The notes beneath the pieces are model-generated. The model searched no databases. It was not told where the DNA came from and was given only the letters and a program-made list of their open reading frames with translations. DNA of 62,179 nt, filler included, from Globobulimina sp. (Eukaryota): the NCBI GenBank assembly GCA_003354225.1. It is 17 parts of 17 records of this genome, joined end to end, with 100 filler letters (N's around TTAATTAATTAA, not from the genome) between each part and the next. Parts side by side here need not be neighbours in the genome. Positions count along the whole stretch, not along the records: positions 25,654 to 29,217 come from PIVH01002499.1; positions 29,318 to 32,881 come from PIVH01002500.1; positions 32,982 to 36,544 come from PIVH01002501.1; positions 36,645 to 40,207 come from PIVH01002502.1; 13 more parts are not named here. One strand, given 5' to 3'. The position numbers were made by a program, and so were the translations under genes. Shown one piece after another: positions 25,666 through 37,165 of the stretch. Every line of letters begins with the position of its first letter. The stretch's first letter is position 1.

Positions 25666-26952
25666 ATGGCTCTATTTGTTTTTGTAATAGTTGTATTATT
25701 ACTAAAATTTATCTCATATTATTTATTTCCTAAAAACAATATTAATGAATCATTTACCACCTTTAAATTTTGGTACGTTATCATTTTTGTATCATCAATG
25801 ATTATTAATACATATTATTTATTTTATTGTGTGTCAACAATGTATTCCTTTTTAGGGATTCTATTAATATTTACAAGTCATATAATTATTGGGATATTTA
25901 TTGGTGTTTTGAGTGATATTTTTGGATGTAAATATATTTGTATTTTATATTGTTTCTTAATGATTTTGTCATTTATTTGTAAACAATTCCATACATCATA
26001 CGCAGAAACATTATCATTATTATTTTATAGCACATCAACAACAATTTTGTTCTCATCATTTGAATCATGGATGCTTTGTGCTTATCACAATGGACAATAT
26101 TCATTGGCACAGTTATCATTCCTTGTTTATGACTGTTATTTTTATTATCCATTCGCAACAATAATACTATTTTCTATGGATATACATATTAATGAGACCT
26201 ACAATGATATTATTTGCATTTTATTGTTGATCATTAATTCAATTTTAATTTCAAAGAAATGGAAACATGAAAATTATCAGTTTTCAAACAGGAAAACATT
26301 TATAAATCAATTTAAAAAAAAATGGAAAAGAGCTGTGAATTCATTCTCAATTTTCGATCAAAGGGTGATTATTCTTTGCATTATTCAATCATTATTTGAA
26401 TGTGTTGTTTATTTATTTTTATTCTATATTTATGTCTTCAATTTAGTTTCCGTCGCAATAATAATGCAATTAGTTATTTGCGGAACACTTTCAACTCAGA
26501 TATTCAATAAAAATGAAGCAAAATCCATATTTATAATATCAATGTGCGCAACAATAGTTTTTATCACCTCATTTCTGAATATTTATAATATTAATATTAT
26601 TGTTTTATTTTCCTTATGCATTGGTTCATATTATCCGATAATTTGCTTATTGCGGAATAAATATATTACAGATAGCGAAAGAACAACAATAATGAATATA
26701 TTTCGTATTCCATTAAATATTCTCATGACAATTGTGTTAATATTTACTTTTACTAAGTACATTAAACATATTTGCATTATATTATTAATTATTTTATCTT
26801 TTATATCTTACTGCCTTTATATTGATCCCTATGCCATTCCTGATTTGCATTTAATGCAAACAAAATTAAAAGCAATCAAAATAATCGTTGCTATGTTCAG
26901 TCTCTATGCTATATTTATCACTATTTTAAATGTATTTGTCTTCTACAATTAA
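25666..26952 (+). CDS. MFS transporter of the molybdate-anion transporter (MOT2/MFSD5) family, divergent
   Basis: GVLSDIFGCKYICILYC, STTILFSSFESWML, IQSLFE, YPIICLLRNKYI..RTTIMNIFRIPLN. Confidence 0.75.
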   Translation: MALFVFVIVVLLLKFISYYLFPKNNINESFTTFKFWYVIIFVSSMIINTYYLFYCVSTMYSFLGILLIFTSHIIIGIFIGVLSDIFGCKYICILYCFLMILSFICKQFHTSYAETLSLLFYSTSTTILFSSFESWMLCAYHNGQYSLAQLSFLVYDCYFYYPFATIILFSMDIHINETYNDIICILLLIINSILISKKWKHENYQFSNRKTFINQFKKKWKRAVNSFSIFDQRVIILCIIQSLFECVVYLFLFYIYVFNLVSVAIIMQLVICGTLSTQIFNKNEAKSIFIISMCATIVFITSFLNIYNINIIVLFSLCIGSYYPIICLLRNKYITDSERTTIMNIFRIPLNILMTIVLIFTFTKYIKHICIILLIILSFISYCLYIDPYAIPDLHLMQTKLKAIKIIVAMFSLYAIFITILNVFVFYN

Positions 26953-27139
26953 TTATGTTGACTAAATCTGTTTTATTATTTGGTGTTTTTGAATTTTTAT
27001 TATATTTAGTTTTTATCGTTTTTACCAACTCTGTTTTCAATTTGTGGTTTGTTGATATCGTTTGTTTACATTATATTTTCATTAAAAAAACTGAGCAACT
27101 TGCCACTAACTACACTAACTTTTTGGACAATAAGCATAA

Positions 27140-27631
<492 letters not shown>

Positions 27632-28088
27632 TTTATATTTCTTTTTTATATTAACTGTAGATTCAATCTACAAAAATATCAAACTATGAATTCCGAATTC
27701 GGAACCAAACAAAAAAAAACAAATAAAAATAATTTGTGTTCTATTGTTTAAATTTAATTTATTTCTTTGATGTTTCGAATCAAATCAATCTTTTGATTTA
27801 ACAAATTGAAATACTAATTGGTCAATATCAATCTAACAAAATATCAAATTTACTGATCGGATTTTTAATTCTTTTGCCTACAAAAAGATATATTTTAAGC
27901 TGTTTTCTAGCTCACAATATCACCTACAAACGACAAATTTTTATCTTCGTTGCCAGTTTCGTCTCCGTTGTGATATATTTTGATCTATAAATTAGTTTAC
28001 AGCAAAAGATTGGTTAAGCGTGGTCAAAATGCAAATTACACAACCAGTGGTTTTATACAATTTAAACTTGCAGAGATTATCTGTTCTA

Positions 28089-28864
28089 TTATACAAGTAA
28101 TCGTTGAGATTGTACATGTCTATCTTGATCATGATCTATGTCAATATATTCTTCTTTCAATGTGTGTTTCCTTTTACTCATTACAAAAAATCCTATTCCG
28201 CACATACATCCTACAATAAACATCATGAAACACATCAATACCAAAGCTATGCCACCTAATGCGATAGTTTCTGTTTTTATTGCATTGTATAATTGTATAT
28301 ACATCGTTTTTCATTTTAATTTGGATATATAATAAAAAGCATACCTGTATAGTGATCTATATATTGTTGTTGTTGTGGCACAAAATAATTAGCATCATAT
28401 CCATCATAGTAACCAGCGTTTAAATAATCATCATAATTAGCATGATACGCACTGGTTTTTGTCTGCTTTGTTTTGGTTTTATCCTTTTCAATACGAACAA
28501 CAATATCACCGCCAATGTCTCTTGGTTTTGCCTCACTGTGTAAGTCTTTTGGAGTTATTAGAAATCCATGTTTTGTGTTGGCGGTCTCATCTTCACTTTC
28601 TTCCATTGATACTGTATTCATTTAATTTTATTCACTCATAGCAGAAACGTATACATTATGCAATTTGAGACCTGATTGTTGTGCTGCTTTTGTTGCAAGG
28701 TCAATGGTAGAAGGTTTACCAAGGCCTGTTTTGGAATGGATTTTGAGATTACCAGGGCTGAATTTTAACCCCTTTTCAAGCCATTCATGGAATTCTGCTT
28801 CCTCTGATGCAGGTGAGTGAGGAAGTGCCTCTTGACTCTGCAATTTGGTGTCTACCGCTGACAT
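28089..28864 (-). CDS. Hypothetical single-pass protein with C-terminal TM helix; 3 exons
   Basis: Three ORFs join via phase-1 introns 28671-28612 (weak donor) and 28344-28271. Y/D/G-rich stretch, then hydrophobic IALGGIALVLMCFMMFIVGCMCGIGFFVM followed by SKRK. Confidence 0.55.
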
Positions 28865-28985
28865 GTTACTTAAGTTTTCATTACTTCACTGATTTTTGCA
28901 AGATTTAATCCGCAAAGCAACAAAAAATAAAATTACAAAAAATAAAATTACAAATACAATTAAATTAAAGCAAAATAATGCAATG

Positions 28986-29217
28986 TCATTGTTTCTTTGC
29001 TGCTTTCCTTCCTCTTTCATAATCAACACCAAAATATAATAATGGTATTGCAATCAAATAAAAAGCAACAAGATATATTAACGCATATCTCATCGACATA
29101 AAATTACTTACAATGGCAACCATCATTGGTCCAATCCAACTCGATCCTTTATCAGTTATTTCATATAAACCGTTGCTGGTAGCAGCAAGCAGCTTATTTT
29201 TAGTTGATAAAAATGAC
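28986..29217 (-). CDS. ATG22: 3' end of an Atg22/UMF1-like MFS transporter (absent from the ORF track)
   Basis: Manual translation gives ...GLYEITDKGSSWIGPMMVAIVSNFMSMRYALIYLVAFYLIAIPLLYFGVDYERGRKAAKKQ*. LYxITDKGSSxxGP and VDxxRG are characteristic of Atg22. Confidence 0.75.
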
Positions 29218-29698
29218 NNNNNNNNNNNNNNNNNNNNNNNNNNNNNNNNNNNNNNNNNNNNTTAATTAATTAANNNNNNNNNNNNNNNNNNNNNNNNNNN
29301 NNNNNNNNNNNNNNNNNCAAAATATCGACCAGAGGGGGGAGGGTATCTATTAAAACTCATCGTTTATTGTCAGATGTCAGACATTTATGTGGTTTATTTA
29401 TGAGCATTGTCAGATGATATACAAATTCGCCTTTTCAGATTAATTCGGTTCGTCTTTTTTTTATACATTTAAAATTTGAGTAAGAGTAAAATTAAAATTA
29501 ATACTGTAATATTATGCGTAAAACAAACAAAAACAACAGAAAAAAGAAGAAAAACAAAAAAACAAAATTAACAAATTTAGAAATAAAATTAAAATTAACA
29601 AATTTAGGAACAAATTTATATAATAAAATTAACAAATTTAGCTAATAAAATTAAAGAAACAAATTTATATAACTTTTGCTGTACTCTCAAAAACACTC

Positions 29699-32344
29699 TC
29701 ACTCTTTGAAATTATGTGGCGGCGACACCGGAGGAGACACGGGCGGGAACACAGGAGTAGGCGACACCGGAAGTGGTGTAATAGTGAAGGCGGAGCGCGG
29801 CGACGGCACGCTAATATTACTCACCTCGATCGCAATATTGACATCACCAACGGACGGCGTTCCCGGAAACGAACCAGTGGCCACCGACGGATTCGAATAC
29901 GTCATTTTCCTTAATTTTTTTATCCCATCCAAATTCTCCACAATGGTGCTATCCCTCGCACGGTAATAATCAAACGGCTCTGGCGGCGGTCCCGGCGACT
30001 GCGACTGTATACGTTCTCGCGTCTGCGCCACGGCGTCAAACGTGCTCTGATACTCCGGCAACTTATGATGCTGCGCGTTCTCGTCGCCATAAATCACCGA
30101 CACCGACGCATCTGAATCATACTCGTTGTCAGTCAGACTGTTATGCTTATAAAACGTCTTCCGTTCCTCGAAAAAATCGTGGATATTAATGAAGTTATTG
30201 ACCACCGGCAAGGCGCCCACACCGTGCGCCTTGCCGCCATGTCCCATTCCGGAGTGATAATCGATGGCCGAGGTCTGTCGACTCATACTGGCCATGAACG
30301 GCTGTTGCGTTCCCGTGCCATCTGACTGCGTCCGAGTCAGAGGAGCCGCCAGTCGAATCTTGCGCGGCTTCGTATTCGCAGATTGCGTCTGCGAAATAGG
30401 CTTCGTCGTAGCTGGCACACTCTGTCCGAACGTATTGAGCCACTCTTTATAATCGGGTTCTTTTTTTGCAGCTATTGCAGCTTGTACAAGTTTTACAGGT
30501 TTCACAGGCTCGGGCTCTTCCACCTGCTCTTCTAAGATCTGCGTCAAGTCCATCGACGACATGGACATAATGGCATGCGCCTGTTTGAAGGCTTCGCGCC
30601 GGCAGTACGAGGTCCGGCGGGTGGATAATTTGCGCTGCAGCTGAGCCTGCGCCTGGTCCGAGTCATCGTGCACTTCCATGGCGTCGTCGTGCGACATCAC
30701 GCCGGGCAGCCACCGCTTGCAACTCACCACAGACTTTTCGCCTAAGACGAGCTTCAAGGCACTGCGGATGAGCTTCACTTTGCTTTTGAGCTTTTCCTTT
30801 TCGACGAGCGACAAATGCGCGGTGGGCGCGAGCAATAATTCCTTGTCCATCACATAGAAGGACTCCTTGGTCAACGGCCGGTGATGCGAGTGGTTGTATT
30901 CTGGAGCGTGCCACGAGCGAAAGTCTATGATTTCCAGCGCCAACTCATGGATTTCGTACAAAATCTTGTCCTGATGGCCCCATTGGCCGCGCGCCTTAGT
31001 GTTAATGACCAGGTACACGGGATGCAAGAACTCGTCCTGGTACTTGGCCTGATTCGCCTCCATCTGTTTTTGAGCGCGTTTGTCGTAATACTTGATGGTG
31101 AAGGTCAGCGCATACGGAGACAGGATGGCGGTGAACACGATGGACAGCAAAATGGCAGAATAGGACTCCTTACTGATCGTGCCTTCGAGGTACGACGCCG
31201 TGGCCAAAATGGACGAGAACTCGCCGCGGGCCGCCATACTGAAGCCGACGATGAGGAATTCTTTCTTGTTGAGGGGCCGCGCAAACACGCCCGTCACGAG
31301 CTTGCCTAAGATGCAGACGCAGTACAACAGGCCGCTGCCGATCACGCGCAGCGACGCGAACTCCTTGATGGGGATGGCGAAGCCGATGGTGCAGGCGAAG
31401 AAGATGCGCAACATCCAGTACAGCACGCGTTTGACCTGGCGCTGCCACACGTGATGGATGGTGTGGTCGGTGCAGAACATCAAACCGCTCAGAAACGCGC
31501 CTAATAAATAGCTGCTGCCCGCAAAATTGCACGCGGGGATCAGGATGAAGCAGGACACGAAGAGCAACGCTAATATGCCGTTCTCGTGGTGCCGCTCGGG
31601 GATGATGGACATTATATGCTGGATCAATTTGGGGATCCACGTAATGGCCAAATAGCCAATGCCCAAAATCAGCACTGGCGACACGATGAGGGGCAATAAG
31701 ATCGCCTCCGCTGTGGGGTCTTTCATGGCAGACAATTCGGACAAGATAATGAGAGCGATCACGTCGTCTAAGATGGCAGCGGCGATGATTAATTGCCCAG
31801 TGGGCGTGTTTAAGATTTTCGCCTTTTTCAGCACGTTCAAGGCGATGCCCATTGAGGTCGGCGCGAAACAGGCACCGATGGCGAGTGAGGCGATGAAGGA
31901 TTGCTGGAAAATGAGCAAAGAGATTAATAAGCCCATTGCGAGCGGGATGATAGAGCCTAAAATGGCTATGGCTAAGCCGCGGGGCCCGATTAATTTCAAC
32001 ATGCCGATGTCCACATCGATGCCGGCTTCCACCACTAACATAATCAAACCAATCTCGCCAATCACGATTAAAAATTCGGAGCCATGCGTGCCGACGAAAT
32101 TTAAATAATTTGGACCCATCAACATACCAAACAGCATCTCGCCGACAAGGGCGGGCATGCCTAATTTGGTGACGCCGGTACCGACGAACCATATGCAGGC
32201 TACAAACACCATCACATAATATACGTGCAGGAACGCCTCGCTGGCGTCATGGTGAGATACTTCCTCCGTTAACGACTCGTAAGGGTCATCTGAACAGCCT
32301 ACAATCTGTTCACTTGCTGATAAAAGCAACCGGTTCAAGATCAT
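29699..32344 (-). CDS. CPA2 (NapA/KefB-like) cation/H+ antiporter with ACT-like domain and disordered tail; intronless
   Basis: GEMLFGMLMGP, GEIGLIMLVVEAG, PTSMGI, GQLIIAAAILDDV, LLGAFLSGL, GKLVTG, MAARGEF, followed by a soluble domain ending ESFYVMD. Confidence 0.88.
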   Translation of the reverse strand: MILNRLLLSASEQIVGCSDDPYESLTEEVSHHDASEAFLHVYYVMVFVACIWFVGTGVTKLGMPALVGEMLFGMLMGPNYLNFVGTHGSEFLIVIGEIGLIMLVVEAGIDVDIGMLKLIGPRGLAIAILGSIIPLAMGLLISLLIFQQSFIASLAIGACFAPTSMGIALNVLKKAKILNTPTGQLIIAAAILDDVIALIILSELSAMKDPTAEAILLPLIVSPVLILGIGYLAITWIPKLIQHIMSIIPERHHENGILALLFVSCFILIPACNFAGSSYLLGAFLSGLMFCTDHTIHHVWQRQVKRVLYWMLRIFFACTIGFAIPIKEFASLRVIGSGLLYCVCILGKLVTGVFARPLNKKEFLIVGFSMAARGEFSSILATASYLEGTISKESYSAILLSIVFTAILSPYALTFTIKYYDKRAQKQMEANQAKYQDEFLHPVYLVINTKARGQWGHQDKILYEIHELALEIIDFRSWHAPEYNHSHHRPLTKESFYVMDKELLLAPTAHLSLVEKEKLKSKVKLIRSALKLVLGEKSVVSCKRWLPGVMSHDDAMEVHDDSDQAQAQLQRKLSTRRTSYCRREAFKQAHAIMSMSSMDLTQILEEQVEEPEPVKPVKLVQAAIAAKKEPDYKEWLNTFGQSVPATTKPISQTQSANTKPRKIRLAAPLTRTQSDGTGTQQPFMASMSRQTSAIDYHSGMGHGGKAHGVGALPVVNNFINIHDFFEERKTFYKHNSLTDNEYDSDASVSVIYGDENAQHHKLPEYQSTFDAVAQTRERIQSQSPGPPPEPFDYYRARDSTIVENLDGIKKLRKMTYSNPSVATGSFPGTPSVGDVNIAIEVSNISVPSPRSAFTITPLPVSPTPVFPPVSPPVSPPHNFKE

Positions 32345-32589
32345 ATTGTTAAAAGTAAAGTGAAAAAGTGTTAATTGAATTTAAAAACTTTCGAGAAAAT
32401 CTGTTTTGAGTGAAATATTTTCCGAGTTACGTAATTTTTCTCAACTGCTGTGCAATATAGAGTAAATATGAAGAATTTTGCCCCAAATTAAAAGAGATTC
32501 TAAGTTTGAAGGAATGCAAATCGGATGTCACAGAAACTTTAATACCAACTAAAATTAAAAATTTACAAAAACAATTTGTTCAAAATCGA

Positions 32590-32881
32590 TCAAAACAATC
32601 TGTCAATACATAAGGTATCTTCTTTTCTATTTGATGAATTTTTTGTGATATTTAATGATATTTTAAATTGTGTTTGATTTAATTGATTTAACTCTTTATT
32701 CATTAAAATATATTCATTATATATCCAACTACGATCTCCATTCCATTTAGTATGTGTTGCTTTTATTTGTATACTTTTCAATGATTTATGTTTAAACAAA
32801 ATATCTCCCCAAAATAAACTAAAAAATGATGATAATAAAAATGGAAATGTTGTATCACCACTACTAGTTGTATAAAATACG
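32590..32881 (-). CDS. 3' fragment of a paralog of the ART-like family protein at 16726-18225
   Basis: Manual translation VFYTTSSGDTTFPFLLSSFFSL..SLKSIQIKA..RSWI..FKISL aligns by eye with IMQTTDIHGLSSYPVSLSALLSL..VVKMTIKA..HSWI..YVISL. Confidence 0.55.
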
Positions 32882-32981
32882 NNNNNNNNNNNNNNNNNNN
32901 NNNNNNNNNNNNNNNNNNNNNNNNNTTAATTAATTAANNNNNNNNNNNNNNNNNNNNNNNNNNNNNNNNNNNNNNNNNNNN

Positions 32982-33731
32982 GGATTGCTGACCCAGTTAT
33001 CTGATCTGATTGTCCATTCAATGGCATTCATTGCTGACTATTGGAATATTGATCACAATAATCTAATGTATCATATACGCTGTGACACCTTAAGACAATT
33101 CTTCCACGTCGAGGATAAATTAAGAGATAATGATATAATCATTGCGACAGATGCTTCACATGACCCCAACACAAAACTAACAGGAATGGTGATTTTCATA
33201 AAAGATAACGACATTTTCTATAGATACGCAGAACTTTTAGGAATAGTCTCAAATAATTACGGTGAATTATTCGCAATTGGAAAATCAAATTTTTTAATGA
33301 AACAATTTAACATTAACACCCAAAATAGACGTATAATTATAATGACTGATTCACTCTGCAGCTTTTGCCCCTTAATCACACAACCAAAAAATATCAAAAA
33401 ACACATTAAATTCCCTCCCCTGTTCAGAAAAACACAAAAAAATTTGAAATCGGAGAAAGTCATACTTTGGAAAATTAAGTCACACACGGATAAAATAAAT
33501 ATAGATGCTAATTATTGGTGTGCCAAACCAAGAGTTCATCCTTACAATGGAATAGCTAGCAGATTCAGGAAGACTACACACACAAAACAAAGAAGGAATA
33601 CCCCTTTACATCAACAATACCCCGCCCACTATTACTACTCAAGAACCAAGTGCCTTAATGGCGCTAACAATAAACACATCGTCCTGCAGTTCTGGCTACG
33701 GAGGATATCTGAGTCCGATAGGCCGGACTGA
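32982..33731 (+). mobile_element. RNase H domain, probably a retroelement relic, 5'-partial
   Basis: IATDAS, NNYGELFAI, IIMTDSL, WKIKSHT give the D-E-D-H residues. The last N..AD motif reads NIDAN, and the tail is unrecognisable. Confidence 0.65.
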
Positions 33732-33832
33732 ACTACAGAGCACTACTTGCAAAATGGTCAACATGAACAAAGGCACAGCAACCACATTCCTGTGCAAACT
33801 CCCATCGTTGTGGCTGTCTTACTAATAGTCAC

Positions 33833-34538
33833 ATGTATTTGATTTGTCCCACAGGCAGCGCCCATGGTCTTCAACTCACTCTTCAAGTCAACCAACTGAC
33901 CATGGCGCAACCACATGGTCCACACCCGTTGGACACAATTGGCGATTTCACTTTATTGGAAATGATCAGGGATATACTCACAGACAATGATATGCAGCCT
34001 TCTAAAGAGAATCACCACGGCGTTTTCATGTTCTTAAAAGCGGAAAATGATAAACATATCCAAAAAAGAATTATAAATATTATGAGTGAAATTCGCGACC
34101 GATTAGATGTTATGTCATTTCGTTTTTTGCGAATATCTCAACACAAAAGATTACAAAATACTTAGAGAGTACATGCCTCTCAGCCGGAAGGCAAGACACA
34201 GTTGGAGATACGGGAAAATTTTCAATTCAAAGATATCAAAAGCAGATACAATTCACGGATGCAGGACTTGTTGCAAGGCGAAACACGTGTACGTGAAACA
34301 TTATTCGAACAATGCGCTGATGAAAAGTGCAAAGGTATTAACAATATAAATTTTCATGCATATAAAAATGATCCATATTGATGTTGACAATAAAAATGTG
34401 ACAAAAGCGTTTGATGAAACATTTATGGAGGGAATGATCAAATATTTATTGAGCTTTGATGACAGCCATGATAATGTTCCACAGCTCATGGAATTGTTGT
34501 ACACTGAGGAGTATGACACTGATACAGTAAGATTTTAG
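33833..34538 (+). pseudogene. Fragmented coding-like region
   Basis: Short overlapping ORFs in two frames, broken by stops at 34165 and 34349, ending LYTEEYDTDT. No clean GT-AG join was found. Confidence 0.35.
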
Positions 34539-35458
34539 TAAAATGTATACCGCTGTCAACTCTCTTCACTGCTTAGGATATCCCCTCCGACTAATTAGAA
34601 GCTAGGTGTCTGGCTACTAAATTCCATTTAAAGTCAAGTTTCAGACATCCGCTCTAACTGAGGACGCACTATAATAGTGAATGAAAACCTCAAAAGAGAT
34701 TTAAATTGGATGATTCGGTGCCAAAACGCAAACGAGACACTTGGTTTTTTCCCTCCACCACGAAATTAGCCAGCAGATGCTGATAATTTATCGGCTACAC
34801 AAGACACAGCCAAACATAGTTGGCAGCGCCGGTGGATTCAGCGACCGCACTGTGTCGATATTGCTTTGCGAGAGAACAGAGGAGTCTAAAGAATATAGCC
34901 GCTTGATGTGTCTGGCTTATGATATTGTGAAATAGTCTGTCAATGTGGAGGTTTTATATTTTAAGTTTGCACTTTGTGCAGAGTTGGGGGCAAGGGAGGG
35001 ATCCGGCTTTGCGCCTAACAAAATATTTAAGGGCATTCATACTATGAGTGAGGTATTTTTTATGCCCTTTAGGGTTAAATATACTTACTATTTTTAGTAT
35101 CTATGAGGGTGCCCAACACTCCTGTGTATGAGTTGGCTGTGTTCATTCTTTTCACTCCTTGGTTCAACTGAGACATTCTTCAAAAGTTTGAATGTATCTT
35201 CTGCAGCTATGCTGCTTAGATTTTATGAAAGTGTGAACCAAATCGATCAATGTTATCGTTGACGTCGGCTTTTATAAGTGGGTACCGAACCAGCCGTTGT
35301 CAAATTTGACATGAATTTCATGTTCGTAAATCGTTTGGTTATTGACCACTGGAGTACTGTGTTTGTGTCGTGGATTTAACTTGTTACGCCCCGTCCTAAA
35401 ATTTGCGACAGTAAATGTCATGTATTATATATATAAAGCAATATTTTAGCTATGTCAG

Positions 35459-35625
35459 ATCATGTGCCTGTACTCGAGGGACTATGTGAGAATCCGTTAA
35501 AGTGTAGCTTAGGTTCGTGTTACGAAATCAAAATCTATGCCGTAATTGCTGACTGTGCAAGATTTGGTACACTCGGATTGAAATCTCTGTGACTCATTTC
35601 TCAAGCCTGAGTACAGGCACATGAT
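35459..35625. repeat. Long imperfect inverted repeat (rod hairpin) with perfect 17-bp outer arms
   Basis: ATCATGTGCCTGTACTC (35459-35475) and GAGTACAGGCACATGAT (35609-35625), with nested inner pairs TGAGAA/TTCTCA, AATCCG/CGGATT, AGTGTA/TACACT and TTACG/CGTAA. Confidence 0.85.
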
Positions 35626-35769
35626 GAAAAATGAAAAATCTTTCTCAGATTGATTGTAGAGTAGTTACAACATACCAGATTGTATTGATTGTCAATTGAT
35701 ATTAAAGAGAGACATCTGTTAATAGAAGCACAATTAAAACAGAGGACATTCACAATTCTGTCAGTTATT

Positions 35770-36363
35770 TCAAGCCTGAGAAAGATTTTTCATCAGTTTA
35801 GGATCAAAATATTTTTTGCAATCTGAAATGATCCATCGAACCCAACAACTTTCTAAGATTATGCCCGTAAATGAGCAATATATGTAACCATAATTGTACA
35901 TTCTGATAGCAATATCTGCGATGCAAATAAATACTGTAAATTGGCAAGCTGATATGCTTAACTCAGTACATATATTTTTCAGTTGGCAGTGTAACTTGAA
36001 GAACAGAAGGATACTAAGAAACCAGTGAACAATTACAAATATTGGAGTGGTAATGAACTGGGGAACAAATGATGGAGATAGACAAAATAGGAATAGTGTA
36101 CAGAAATGATGAATAAGCGAATATACAGAAAGTGATGAATAATTGTGATAGATATCCCATATCGTGAATGATACCCAAACTGATAGCGAAGTCATTGGTT
36201 CATGAGTATGTAACCATACCAGCATACATAATGTATCGCAAGTCACATTAATAAATCCTCTTCTTTTGTGCGATGGCCATGTGCATGTCAAATGATGTCG
36301 GGACAATAAACTGTAAATTAATAGATATAACAAGTAATATACAACAATGTTGATAAATTGCAT
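35770..36363 (-). CDS. Small multi-TM protein, possibly TLC (TRAM/LAG1/CLN8)-like
   Basis: 197 aa, hydrophobic; FTIWDIY..SLIHHFCTL di-His motif. Later TLC motifs are not evident. Confidence 0.45.
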   Translation of the reverse strand: MQFINIVVYYLLYLLIYSLLSRHHLTCTWPSHKRRGFINVTCDTLCMLVWLHTHEPMTSLSVWVSFTIWDIYHNYSSLSVYSLIHHFCTLFLFCLSPSFVPQFITTPIFVIVHWFLSILLFFKLHCQLKNICTELSISACQFTVFICIADIAIRMYNYGYIYCSFTGIILESCWVRWIISDCKKYFDPKLMKNLSQA

Positions 36364-37165
36364 AGTGTTTGATTAATTTGATACAATTAAATAAATTGAT
36401 CTTAATTTATTTTAGATGCATATAATCTATAAATACCTCTCATAAATGACTCATAATCCTATATTTATACAGTAAATCTCATAATTATCGGTCAGCTGCT
36501 GATTGCTTCTCTTGAATAGTAACATTGCTATTCATAGATTTCGTNNNNNNNNNNNNNNNNNNNNNNNNNNNNNNNNNNNNNNNNNNNNTTAATTAATTAA
36601 NNNNNNNNNNNNNNNNNNNNNNNNNNNNNNNNNNNNNNNNNNNNTAACCACCTTCTATTTTGACGTAATTCTAGTAAACGACATAAATGCAAACGCAAAT
36701 AATTCCGAGGTCCAATAATATTATCAGTGGATACTGTATTCGAATGATCATCGATTGTAAGGCCACTAAACCAGGATGCCCTAATTATCATTTTCAATGC
36801 AAATGTAAACAACTTTTTGTTGCGTGTAAAATAAAACAGTATTTGAGGCTGCGACAGTAAGAGGTGTATGCCCAGTAAATAATGATTTGGCTGCTTCTTG
36901 TGATTTGCAGCATATATTGCAGTCAACGATTTTTCCGAACTATTTCAATGCGATTATTTTTGATGACAATGCATTGTGTGTGTTTCCCAAAAACGCATTC
37001 GCAGAGATTGATATCGTTGCTGTATTGAGTATGTCTGGTTTTGTCGGGAATAAATGATATTGATAAATGACCTTCAGGATACTGATAAATGATCTTCCGG
37101 CATGAGACCGATGAGTGCGTCATAAATATTACTGCTTCAAGTCAGATAAAAAACTTTTCCACCAA

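Noticed and set aside
31170-32192. 340-aa Arg/His-rich ORF overlapping the antiporter in another frame
   Set aside because: A shadow frame produced by GC-rich codon usage; no domain signal.
34650-34710. Hammerhead-like CTGAGGA...GAAA with flanking mini-stems
   Set aside because: Stem II lacks the closing G-C pair, and stem I does not follow the putative cleavage site directly.
36645-37123. Short minus-strand ORFs upstream of PAP2
   Set aside because: No motif and no consistent splice model.
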